64,000 nt of DNA from Lepidodermella squamata. Taxonomy: Eukaryota > Animalia > Gastrotricha. The stretch lies in NCBI GenBank assembly GCA_047495785.1, contig JBLDXI010000063.1:248001-312000 (forward strand), in the 5' to 3' direction. Position numbers and translations under genes: made by a program. Of this stretch, positions 1-12,334 are shown piece by piece. A model generated the notes under the pieces. That model saw only the letters and a program-made list of their open reading frames with translations. It did no database searches and had not been told where the DNA came from. The first letter of the stretch is position 1. Every line of letters begins with the position of its first letter.

Positions 1-3000
1 CCACTGGTGGAGGAGCCTGCTTTGGCGGTTGGCTGGAAGCGCCGCGGCCGGGCAGACGCCGGCGACGGCGATGCCGAGTACCGCTGCGACGACAAATCTG
101 GCTGCGACGCGGACGCTGCGACACCAGCCGCCGACGCAGGCCTCTGCTGCTGCTGCTGCTGCTGCAACATGTACAAGTCATCACTCGTAGCCGTCATCGA
201 AGTCATCGCCATCGCATCGGAGCAGGAATCCGAGTAAGAAAACTGCGACGAGTCGATGAGGCTCGGCCGCGATTCGGCGGCTCGCAGCAGCGCGGCGGCG
301 AGTTGCGACGACCGCCCGGCCACGCCCGCCAGCCGCCGCAGCAGCGCCACGTGCCGCGCACCCGGCCGCCGCCGGTAGAACAGCACGTACGCCTGGGCCC
401 GCGCCACCTTGTCCACAGACTGTGCAACACACAAAACACAGCGTGTACGATTCAACTGATGACTCAAATCATCGATGCATGCGACTTACGATTTGCGTGC
501 AGTAGTCGTCGTCGTACTCGAACCACCGCTCGTTGCCGTCGCCGCTGCTGCTGGGCTCGTGGCGGCACAGCGCCGTGTAGTGCCCGGCCGCCGGCGAGCC
601 GTCGTGTACAATCATCGCGACCAGGTCGTACAGCGTCGACTGCCCGTCATCGTCAGCCGAGCCGTTCACGTTCATGTTCGCCGCCGCAGCCGAGTCGACT
701 TGCATCGCCGTGTCCTCCTCAGCCGCATCACCGCTGCTGCTGCTGCTGCCAGTTGTCGAAGCAGTAGCCGTAGTACTAGTCGTAGTAGTGGCTGACTCTG
801 AAGATGCATCACCACCATCCGTTGACATGAACGGCCGCAAGTCGAGCCCAGTCAACGGAAACGACACGTGCTGTTTGATTCTAGAGAAGACAAAAACAAC
901 CACACTTTAGTAGTGCACACATCTAAACCATTTCTCTCGACTGAACGACTCAACGACAGTTTTAGTGGACATCTTCCAACGTAACATTCTATTATAGTTC
1001 TTGCTTTCAAAGTTTGCCACAACCTGGTGAAAGTTTTGATTTGCTTCGAGATATCGAATCAGACCCCTTGTAAACTTGTCAACTGCGATTGCTGTTCTTC
1101 TCACGCCTTTCTCAATCACGAAAAGTCACTAATTCTCGCTGGATTTGAATAACACGAGTGTGAGAATTTCATGGAGCCGAGCCACTACATGTCGAAAAAA
1201 TTCCAGAGAACGGTCAGATTTCGACGAATTCAATCAAGTGCAGAAAACTTGGCAATTTGAACCGTTTTTCTATCAGCTACGTTGTTACTAGGTAAAACAT
1301 GCTTCTAAAATCGCTTATTGATGGGTATCCACGGTGTTGAAGACTATGACATACAAAAATAAGGGTGATGGTTCATGGAATGACTTGAGATAGAATGACC
1401 ATGATGTGTAACATGAGATACCAGAATCTAGTTTTTTTCACAAGCATATCGCAAGTCGTGGACTTACTTGGAGACGCCGGCATTCATGTCGTGGCGGAAG
1501 CGCTTCAGGTGGATGCACAGCAGCTCGGGCAGGCCGAGCAGTTCGGCGTAGCGCACGCCGTTGCGCAGCTTCTCGCACTTGTCGCAGCTGTACATGTCGT
1601 CGCCTTTCAGCTCGTCGGCGGCGAAGAACGCGGCGAGGCAGTCGGCGAGCGTCGGCTGGTTGCCACTGCCGCTGCCATTGCCATTGCCACCGCTGCTGCC
1701 GGGCGCCCACGACGGCAGCCACGATTTCAGCCACGACATCCAAGTCGACGACGACGACGAGTGAGATGCCGAGTGCGACGATGGAATGACGATGGGGTAG
1801 CGCATGCCGCTCGTGCCGTCGATCGACTGCGCCCGCCGCAGCACCTGCAAGTCGGCGTGGCCTGGGATGGGTAGGGACAGGTCTTGGAAGCGCTCGCGCG
1901 TCGTCGACACGTTGCCGCACGTCAGGCATTTCACGCACGAGCGAATCTGCCCGTCGAACAGCGCCGAGATTATCGACTCGAGGCGAGCTGGTGCAGGCGA
2001 AGACTGAGGCTGCGGCTGAAGTGGCTGAGTTGGTTTGCTGCTGCTGTTGGTGTAGCAGCGCGGCACGACGTCGGGCACATCGGCGACGAGGTCGAAGCCA
2101 TCGACGAGCATGCGGTCTTCCGAGTCCGCATCATCGTCATCATCATTGGCTTGTTCATCATCTTGTGTGGCTGATGATTTTTCGCAGCTGCTATTCGACT
2201 GTTGTTGTTGTTCGAGACGACTCGCGTTGTTGCTGTTGTTGTTGTTCGACATGGCTGGCTCGGCGAGTTCTTCGTGCAGGCGGTCGAGGAAGCAGCGCAG
2301 GAACTCCTGCGCGTCCTGCTGCGTGTGCAGGCGGAAGGCGGGGAAAGCGGCGCGGAACTGTGCTGCCAATCCGCTCGGGTCGACGACGGCGCGGTGCACG
2401 GACGAGGGCGCCCACATGTCCTCGATGAGTTGCGAGTAGCAGCGCGCCACCGACCGCGGCCGTTCCGCCAGCCGGCACGCCACCGCCACCGAGCACGTGT
2501 CGAAGTACGCCGTCAGCGGTGGGCAGTTCGACAGCGCCTGCGCACACACAAACAATTTTAGACACAACAAATCAATCTGATGATACTTAAACTAAGCACA
2601 ATTATTAGTGAGCCTGCATTAAAAAGACTGAAGCACAAATATCGCTTTCTTAAATGTCGGAAAACCTAGTCGCTATTCGCAGAATGCAATGATTGCCTTT
2701 AAACGTCCAATTGAAACATATTTTCTTCAAAATCGGTTTTTCAGCAGTAAGTCAAAAGCTTCTCACTTAATTAATCGGATACTGTGTAAAAAAAACCAAT
2801 AGAAGCGCGGTTTCCGGCATTAAATTGTATCCCACCTTAAGCAAAGCCAGATTTCAGATTATTCAAGATTCGACATTTTTAGGTAATAACAATGTGGGAA
2901 ATTGTCTGGCATTCCCACTGTTATCTCAACATTGCGTCACCAAATGTCCCGGTTCTCATTGCGCGATTGAATAGACGAAAATACCGAACATTTGTTACAT

Positions 3001-3488
3001 TTGTGGCTTACTGATTACCTGTTCCGGAGCCCAATTTCAATCATTGCAAGACTCGACTAAATAGTCAATAACCTGGGATGAAAATGCGGCTTATTCTGTG
3101 CAATGTTCTATCATCCCACTCGAGAGGGAAATGTTCAGCTCATTTGTAGCAACTCTAGAAAACCTCAGTGGCCTCGCCAATTTGTACCCAAATAAACTTG
3201 GCAAATCGTGATTGACTGTGATGCTCCCGAGTAGTAATTACGCAAGTAAGTGTATGTAGGCAGTACCTGTAGAGCAGCGTTCATGTAACAAGTGTTGCCG
3301 ATGTTGGCGAGGCCGGTGAGTCCCCGCTGTGAATCCTCATCGCCGTCGCCGCCGCCGCCGTTCGCTGCATTCGACGCCGTCACAGAGGCGGCGGCGGCGG
3401 CGCTCGTCTCGTAGCCCGACGAACACCTGTCAGTGTCATTGTCGCAGCTGCCAATCGAGTAGAAGCGATCTCGATCACCCATCAACAT
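1..3488 (-). CDS. USP20/33: Ubiquitin-specific protease of the USP20/USP33 family, 3'-partial. Exons 3488-3267, 2537-1468, 880-490, 419-<1
   Basis: Cys box GLANIGNTCYMNAALQ|ALSNCPPL, QQDAQEFLRCFLDRLHEEL, family-typical LADCLAAFFAADELKGDDMYSCDKCEKLRNG and LCIHLKRFRHD, His box HDGSPAAGHY...WFEYDD, AQAYVLFYRR. GT-AG junctions keep frame, and the frame stays open to the window edge. Confidence 0.92.
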
Positions 3489-3621
3489 TGTTGTCAGGTC
3501 AACATAGGTACTTGCTTCTTATTTGTTTCTCAATTTGATAATATTTCCTAAATTATCGAATGACAAAATTCGATTAGCGATAAGAAAGCACGCGATTGAA
3601 CCGAAACAACCTTTCGTCCTT

Positions 3622-3627
3622 TTTATT
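3622..3627 (-). terminator. Probable poly(A) signal AATAAA of RalGPS
   Basis: tttatt on the + strand, at the end of the about 1 kb AT- and microsatellite-rich region downstream of the RalGPS stop. Confidence 0.55.
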
Positions 3628-4642
3628 CATTTTTTTTCGTGAGTTTCATCGTTATTATCATTTCAGCTTCTTTTCCTCGCATTTTCATTCATTCAGTCAG
3701 ACATTCAGGCATTCATTCAAATATTACACATATTTATAATAATAATAATATTCTTGTTTGTTTTTCTTCAATTTATATATACTCGTGTGCGCAATTTATA
3801 GACGCAATTTCAGATAATTTTAATTACTATTATACTTTTAATCAGCATATCTCAAATGAGAGCGAGCGAACGAACGAACGGATGAGAGTAGTAATTGCAG
3901 AGATAGCGAGCGTGAACAATTTTTTTGTACATCATTGTTACTGTTGCTGTTGCTTCTGTTATCATAATAAGCATCACTAGCATGAATTATTTGACGTCGA
4001 GTAGGAGAGAGAAAAAACGATCAATTGTTTGTTATTATTGTTGTTGTTGTTTTCGTAGTAGTATAATTAAGAGCGGTTGATTAAGAACCCCACGTGGCTT
4101 CATTTAAATTGCTGATGATGACGCAAAGCTGAGAACAAAAAATCAGCGTTTTGTTAATTAAACAAATAATAATAATAATAAGTCGTAGTAACGGGCAATA
4201 AGAAGAAACAAGTTCGCTCGACCGACGCTCGGCATTCCATCAAGTGTACGACGTATATGTTGTTGGTATAAAAAACGAGAACGAAGAATAAGAATAAGGC
4301 TCATTCATTTAATCAAGTGAGTAGTAGTAGTAGTAGTAGCGTTTTAATTCGCACTGTACAAGCAGTCATCATTTTACTGTATTTTACACATCATACACTC
4401 AAGTAGTAACAGTAGTAGTAGAAGTAGTAGCAAACAACGAGAACAAACAACGTTAATTAGTACAAGTAAGAGATGAGAAGAAGAATAAGAACAGGAGGAG
4501 GATGAGGAGAGGATCAGTAGGCAACAATTTTTGGCATTCATCATCATCATCCATCGAATCGAGTCGCTTGTGTTGTTGTTGTTGTTGGTAAAAAATTGCA
4601 TCCACATGCCATTTGTATAGCATCGATCGATCGATCAATCGA

Positions 4643-7094
4643 TCACTCGAACGAGATGAGGTTGACGGTGGAGGACTTGCGGATGGCCTCGCGCAGCCGC
4701 TGCGACCACTCGAGCGCCGCCGCCTGCGAGCCGCCCCGCATCTTGTAGATGGTGCCGCGGCTCGGCTCCTGCAGCAGAAACAGGTCCGGCTTGCGCGGCT
4801 TCGTGCACGCCAGCGCCATCCACCCCGACAGCTGGATCGACTTGGCCGGCGGGCGGTTCAGCTCGAAGTTGGCCGACGACGCCAGCCACTTCTTCAGCCC
4901 GCCCGAGTAGAAGTACGTGCCCGGCCGCGTATCCGCCGCCACAACGCCGCACATCGAAGACTGATGTTCATCGCTTTTGCTCGCGCTCAGCGAATCGTTC
5001 AGCATCTGCTGCTGCTGCATCGTGTGCGTCGACGACGACGTCGAGCACGACTGCAACGGCGACGACGCCACCGCCGAGTTGCTGTTGTTGTGGTGCTGCT
5101 GGGTGTGGTTGCTGCTCGTCGAGCCGAGGCGCGAGAACAGCCGGCGGCGAGGCGCGTACAGCAGCAGCGACCCGGGCGCGTACAGCACGGCCCAGTACGG
5201 CTGCCAGCGGGCCACCGTCGGCCGGTGCCCGTTGCGCAGCAGCGTCTTCTTCAGCAGCGGACCCTCCGCGATGATCTCCTCCGGCGCCAAAATCGACACG
5301 CCGCCCACGGCCGTCTCCAGGCCCGACTCGCCGCCCGTCGACCGGCTGCCCGTGCGGTCGATCTGCGCCGGCGAGTGCGCCGCCACCGCCACGCCCGTTA
5401 GGTTCGACGAGTTCTGCGACGGCGACGACGCGTGCGACGAAGCGGCGTGGCTCGAGTCGGAGCGCGACGACTCGGACGCCGACCGCGACACGCGCAGCTC
5501 ACCTGCCGACGGCTGCTGATGCGGCTGGTCCATGCCGTCGCTCTTCGACGACGCCGGCGTATCGGCTGAACCGATGCACGACGAGAACAGCGCCGACTTC
5601 TTGCTCGTGGTCGTCGCCGAACCGGCCGAACTCGCCGCCCGCGAGTACGCCAGCACCTTCGCGTCCGAATGCACGCGGCACGTATGGTTCGGCGGGCCGA
5701 GCTCGTCGTCGAGCATCTTCCCGCCCAGCGACATGTTCTTCTTGTGCCGCTGGTGGCCTTTCGATATTGTCATGGCGAGTTTCGAGTCGGCCGGATGGTG
5801 CTTCTCCACCACCATCATCATCGACGAGTTGTTGTTGTTGTTGACGGCGGCCGCCGAGTTGCAGCCGATCGGGCACGACGCCGACGAGGAAGAACGGCGC
5901 ACCGAGTGGCACGACGCGCTGCTGTCGTTCAACTGCTGAGTAGTTGCAGATATCACCGGGTCGACGACAGCAGGCGACGGCTCGACTACGAGTGTCGGCG
6001 AGCCGCCGTTTATCGAGGTTGAAGTATTATTGTGGTTATTGTTGTTGTTACTACTACTAGTGTCATGGTCAGGCGGCTCGAGGCGCAGCGACATTTTGTA
6101 ATAGTCGTCTTCGACGAACTTTTGCAGTTCTTCGATGAAACGGTTCGACAGCAAGTACTCGCATATGTGCTCGCTCGGCTGCAGGTGGTCGTACGTCGAG
6201 CGTTGAAACTCGGCGATCACCCGCAGTATGTTATTCATCTTCAGCTTGCGGTCGTGCGATTCGAGTCCGCCCGAATGCGGATGAGCCACGTCAATAAAAA
6301 CTATGGAAAAAAATTGTGTTTAAACCATTCATTTCATCCTTCTAATATCAATCCACTTACCAATATCAGTTAGATATAAACCTAAATAGGGTAGGCAAGG
6401 AAGGCGGACTGCTTCGAGGAAGCGGCGCAAATTGCCGTAATTGTCGTCCTCTGACACGAGCTTAGCCAGCTCGTCGAGGCGATCGCGATCACGCCGCGGC
6501 ACTAGCTGCCACGTCTGTTGCAGGCGGAAGATCGGTGTGGCCTGAAGCGCCGATACCACGGCCTTCAGTGAGTGTAGATTCTTCAGTTCGTAAAGCCGCC
6601 TCGCGACTTTTACGAAATGTGTCAACACTTCGGCGCGTGTTCGCACCTTCTGCGCTGATAGCACCTCACGTTGAACCCAGAACGAGGTTTGATTGAAACG
6701 ACGAATCATTGCAACAACATTTGGCGATAACTCAGTTCGACGCTGGCCCGTCCAGCCGCATGAAGATAACTCTTCCGGCTGGATAGCTTTAAAAGCTGCC
6801 AGGTCTAATATTGTCAGTTGAAACTATAAAGATTAACGAAACATTTAAGCTATTTAGTGAAAAAAGAATAAATGACTCAACAAACCGCATATTGCTCGGG
6901 AGGAACTTTAAGAAAATCAAAGAGTACGGCGTCAAACGCACGTAGCTCGCTGCCTTGATCATCATTGTTCAGCCGATTACCACCAGCTGTTGATGGCAGG
7001 GCTGAAAAGTGGCCCGTGTAGTCGACGGCCTATTACAACAAAATAACAAGGTAAGAATTCATCATCAAAAGCAGAGAATATATAAGCTTACCAT
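4643..7094 (-). CDS. RALGPS1/2: Ral GEF with PH domain (RalGPS). Exons 7094-7092 (ATG only), 7029-6886, 6823-6361, 6300-4643
   Basis: [17 protein letters not shown]|[27 protein letters not shown]25 domain [15 protein letters not shown]...[34 protein letters not shown]-terminal PH domain [25 protein letters not shown], end NLISFE. No REM domain, as expected for RalGPS. Confidence 0.92.
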
Positions 7095-7591
7095 GTAGTT
7101 CAAACGGGTTGTACAATCAAACAATGAGATTGCATAATGTTATTCAGGATCACTAGACATGAGTAATATAGTCTAGAGATAAAACAACAAAAAGCTGAAA
7201 ATGAATCATGGATACCAAGGTAAACTTGAGATGCAAGAAGCAACAAGTGGGAACTAATTATTTCGTACATCTCAATAATGTGCCGCTTTCGCCATCACAA
7301 GTCGCCTTCGACTGAAAACTTTAATGGTATGAAACAATTGGGTATTCAGTGACTTTTTATGAATCAGACCCTACATTTTGGGACATAACCAACCAACCAT
7401 AGTAGATCACGAAAACGGACTATGACCTCGATCTCGACGATTGGGCCGAAAAATTGTGAAATCACACAGCAAAAATTGAAAAATCGCAAAACTTGCTGTA
7501 TTTCACCTTTAAATCACTATAATATAAATATTTGTAAATATTTAAAAACAATTAAATAAACGAAGTTTTGCAATTTTAGAGCGTCCTTAGT

Positions 7592-7606
7592 GTTTTCCTT
7601 GGCAAC
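7592..7606. promoter_or_regulatory. Candidate RFX X-box in the bidirectional RalGPS/CFAP53 promoter
   Basis: GTTTTCCTTGGCAAC has a perfect GGCAAC half-site and lies about 160 bp upstream of the ATG of a ciliary gene. Confidence 0.5.
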
Positions 7607-7762
7607 CTCATAGTTCGCATCCCGTTTTTGCTGTAAGGACCAGTGTTGAGCCTCTAATATCAACTAAAACGCATTGATTACGCTGTACAGATTCACCTCT
7701 GATCTTACTTCTTGACTCAAATAGTTATTGCTCAAAATATCACTTTTTCCTAGGTTTTTGTC

Positions 7763-9432
7763 ATGTCAAAACGCGAAGTTCGTGGTAATCTGCCCGGGCT
7801 GGTTGCTCGGGTAAGTTGCCCGCCACAATTTTTTCTCGTTTTCTAATCTACGATTTTATAACAGATTGCTCCACGGACGAGATCAGTGCCAGTCGATAAT
7901 TTGATTTTGATAAACCGAGCCGCCAATGAGCTTCGTCAACAGGCAGAATACGAAAATAGACAGAGGGCCTTGAATGATATTAGAAATAATTGGCGAGCAA
8001 CAACCGACAGGATGGTCACAAACACTCGCATCAAGGACATGGTCGCTAAACAGGAAGCTGCGTATGATCTGTCAGTTGAGCAGCGAAGAGACATGTTGCG
8101 CTGCCTACTTCAGGATGAGCAAGATAGTTACCTTGCGGAACTTGCTAGCATGCAAGAAACTGTCGAAGAACGTAAAATGAAGTTGCGCGAACGAGCTCAT
8201 AGCTTAAAGGTGCGGAAAGAAGCGGAACGTCAAGAAGAAGCACGCCGCTTGTATGAACAGCAGTTTAATGATCAATGCGAAGAGTTACGCAGCTACTTGT
8301 CTCAAAAGCAGCGCCGACAGCTCGGCGGTGATCATTTAGAGCAGATTGCATCCAAGCAATTGATCACTGACCGTGAGCGGGCGCTAGCTGCGATACTCGA
8401 CCCTCTCATTTCCGGCGACATGATCGCTAAACCCGGACGAGATGAGTCAGACGCTGCGAAAAAGCACGAGCTTGAATGTGAGGCTGTTCAAGTTCTGATG
8501 CATCAGATGAAAGCGACAGAGGCTCAGCGAGAACGAGATAAGGCTCAAATGGCTGAGGATGCTGCTCGTCTTGAGTCAGAGCGCAAATTGCTTGCTGCCG
8601 AAAATGCGGCCATGTACACTGCCCACAAGCAAAAGCAGGCAAATTTCAGCACTCAGTTGAAAAATCAGATGCGGGAACGATTGAGGCGCGCGTGGTTCGA
8701 GCAAGAGCAAGAGCTAGCAGCTGAATTGGCGGAAACAGAAGCTGCCATGGCTTCGAATGTTGCAGAACTGGAGGGTTCGTCGAACCGGAAGCGCTCGCTT
8801 ATGGCTGAGTTGCAGCGTTATCGTGCCCATCTGCAGGCAGAGAAAGAAGAACGAGCGCGTGAACAGGCCGAAATCGAGCGACAGCTCGCGCAAGACAGCG
8901 AGGAGCAGTGGCGAAAGCGATGCGAAGTGTGGAAACGCGACCGCGAGGCCAGGAAAGCCCTATTACAGCGAGTTGTTCGCGAAAGAGCGGTAAGCTAATT
9001 GAAATCCAGGGACATTATTATTTGAACTTTATGAAAATTTAGGAGCAAATCGCTGCGAAAGAAGCGGAAAGAGCGAACCGTAAGTTGGGCCGTGTCGAAG
9101 AACGCGCTCAAACCGAACGGTTGTTGGCCGAACTCAAGGAGAGCGAGTACGCTGCGGCGCTGAGAAATCGTCAGCAAAAGGACCGGTACGCGGCAGAGCT
9201 GCTTGGTCAAATGGACTTCAACGGCCGGTTGCGATACATGGAAGAGGCGGAGCGGCTTCGCGAACGCCTTGCCGGCGAAGAGGCAGCTAAAGAATATGCG
9301 CTGAAGCTGGAAGCCGCATTGGCGTCAGCTGATGCCATCGGATCAAAGACTGGAATCTATCAGGACCATCCTTTCCGTGCCCTTCAAAACCAAAACAGGC
9401 TGCCAACAAGCCTTACTCAAATCCTTTCCTAA
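7763..9432 (+). CDS. CFAP53: Cilia/flagella-associated coiled-coil protein CFAP53 (CCDC11, TPH-domain type). Exons 7763-7810, 7865-8989, 9043-9432
   Basis: N-terminal REVRG, QETVEERKMKLRERAHSLK, QQFNDQCEELR, W...EREARKALLQRVVRERA|EQI, C-terminal HPFR. Two short in-frame GT-AG introns. Confidence 0.8.
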
Positions 9433-12334
9433 GTTGTTAATGGATAATCGCGTTTCTAACATTCAAGTAGATTATTTTTTTCTGTCGCCAAATAATACTA
9501 CGGATATTCGCTTAGTTTGTCTCGCTTCGTGATAACATCCCATTTTTTGACGGAGTTGTGGTCGATGATATTATATTATTGAGAAAATGTATTGCTGTTA
9601 TCATTTGATGTTTTGCTTTGGAACTTGATTTCGGACGAAAAGTCCTAAATAAAAACGAGGAGTAAGAAAATTCTTGATTGTTTTACTCTTTTCAAGAGTT
9701 TCGTAATAACACCAAAAATTCGAGTGTGTTTTCTGTTTTTTATGGCGTTTTTTATTATTAAAAAAACATGACAACGCGATGTTCACTTTTTCCTTTCTTT
9801 TTTTCACTCGCCAACATCATCACTCCGACAGCAATCAGTCATTTTATAGATTTTTCGAAGATAATTATATATATTCATAGTAGAAAACAGTTGTTGAATT
9901 TCTATAATAATAATAATAATAATAATATAATCATTAGCAATAATAATAATTACGAATAATGGCATCGTTTAGAGTTGTTATAACATGTGACATCGCGAAT
10001 GCTATGAAGATATCGTACCTATTTATCGCGTACACAATCGTCATAAAAGTAGATAGTAGTACCTAGCAACGAGGCGATGCAGTTATAACCGACGACAGAA
10101 CTTGAAAAATGAAAATATGCAATGAAGAACGAACGAACGAACGAAGAATGAATGAATGAAGACTCGGCAAACTTACAGACTTACAGTATTTCACATTCAC
10201 AAACGCACACGAGCCGTCCGCAACGATTTATTGTTTTATCATGGTTATTAGTTAGGTTGTAGGTATCATTTGTTTTTAACAAAACAAGAAACTACGAATC
10301 AATAATGGTGAAGTTTAACGCGAGACAGCCGACTAGTCGCGCGGTTGTTGGTTATTTTTTCTCGAATTTTTACACAGTGTCGTCTTGTTGTGTTGCATAT
10401 CAATTGAGAGAGGAACTAAGGAGCGCGAAAAAGGTAAACAAAACGATCGATCCCATGTGACATCTTCTCATGCAATCGACACGAAAATAGAAGGAAGTGG
10501 TGACGAAAGATAATAATCGATTACAAAATGGCCGCCCATTGCATATTGTCATTGTTGTTAGACGAGAGAGAGAGAAAGGACAGAAAATTCGACGCACAGA
10601 GAGAACGAGAGAGCGAGAGCGAGAAAAAAGGTGACGGAAGATGGCCACAAAAATAAAAGCCGCCGCTTCAATTAGCGTAAAATAGCGCAAAAGGCGACAC
10701 TAAAAATTCGCCAATTAAGAAAAGAAATAGGTAAACAGCCGCCCACCTTAACAATACATCATCAGATGAATTTCAAGTACGACTAGCCCTTGCGATTTCT
10801 CTCCGCTCATCAACGATTTTCCCTTCAAGTTGGTATTTACACGCAAAAAAGTGATTTTTCCCCTGCGACGCCGCCGTTTTTCAGTTGAGTTATTTTTTTT
10901 CATCGTGATTTTGTTCGATCAGTTAATACACGACAACAATATGTGATTTTTTCAATGAACCGCATCATCAGCTGAACCATTGATTGATTAAAATGCAAAA
11001 ATGCAAACAGTGTAGTGGTTTAGTAGCAGTTTAGGTGGTGGTAATAATTGTTTTGTGGAGTCAGTCAAAATAGAAGGCATATGTGTAGTAATAAACTTGT
11101 TTATTCTCAGATTTTCTTTCTTTCTTTCTGTCTTTCTTTCTTTGTTGCGATGTTGCAGTTTTGCCTGTTGACGAAATTGAGCTAGCATACAAGTAGGCGA
11201 TCATCTCTGCTCTCGGTCTGACAAACTTTCGACGAGCGAGCGAGATGAATGAAAGATGAAATATAAGTTGTAGGTACATACACAAGTAGTATTATATATA
11301 ATATGCAGTAGGCAATAGAAGTTATTATTGGTTATCATTACACAAGTAGACAATATTAAATGATCATCATCATCAGTATTTATTATTATTATTATCATAG
11401 AATGAAATGTAGGCCAAAAATTAAACCGATCATAACAACACTGCAACTGATCTTCAACGGCTGGATTCGTGTAGAAATAAGAAAAAAAGAATTGAATTGA
11501 ATGAAGAAGAAGAAGACACAGTGTGCTCGGCGGTTATTTCGGAACGAGATTCGGCAATTAATCAACCAATCAATCAATCAATCAATCCGATAGTAGGCAG
11601 CTGAGGCGGCGGCGGCGGCGGCGTCGTTGTTGATGAAACAAAAAGAAAAGAGGGAGTGACACAATGCAAGAGCTAAGATGAATCCTCGGATGAGAAAAAT
11701 AACGAAAGAGAAACAAATAAAATGGCTGCGCTGCGACTCTGCCTTCGAATGACTAACTTTCAAATAGAGCACGCATGCGCCCGCGAGAGATAGCGAGAGA
11801 GAGAGAGAGAGAGAGAGAGGTGCAGAAAAATCATCGGCGGATACAGCGTCGAAGAGTCAGTAGTCAACAGAAGTGGCTACGCAACAAGTCTTCGACGCTC
11901 AAGCGATCGAGCGAGCGAGCGGGTTCGACGGAATGCGATCGAATAAGACGTAGTAGCAGCCAAGAGGCGTGTTACCTTTCGTGTGTGAGTGTTGTGTTGT
12001 GTTTGTTTGTAAGATGCGTGACAGTAGGTAGGTAGGTAGGTAGGTACAAGTACATAGAACATAGACGATCAAGAAGAAGAAGAAGTGGTTGTAGTAGCAA
12101 CAGAGAGTAAGTCGTAAGTTGTCGCGGACGGCTGTAGGCTAGTAGCTAGCAATAGATGCACCAATGCAGCAAGCGAGGCGATTCTTGGTGGTGGTGGTGT
12201 TGTTGCATCGGCGAACTGATGATACGATGAGGCTAACGAGGCTGGCTGGCTGGCTGGCGGACGACGGAGACAGAGAGACATGGGAGATGGACGGTGGTCG
12301 GGCTGGCTGGCTGGCTTGCTAGCTAGCGGATGTG

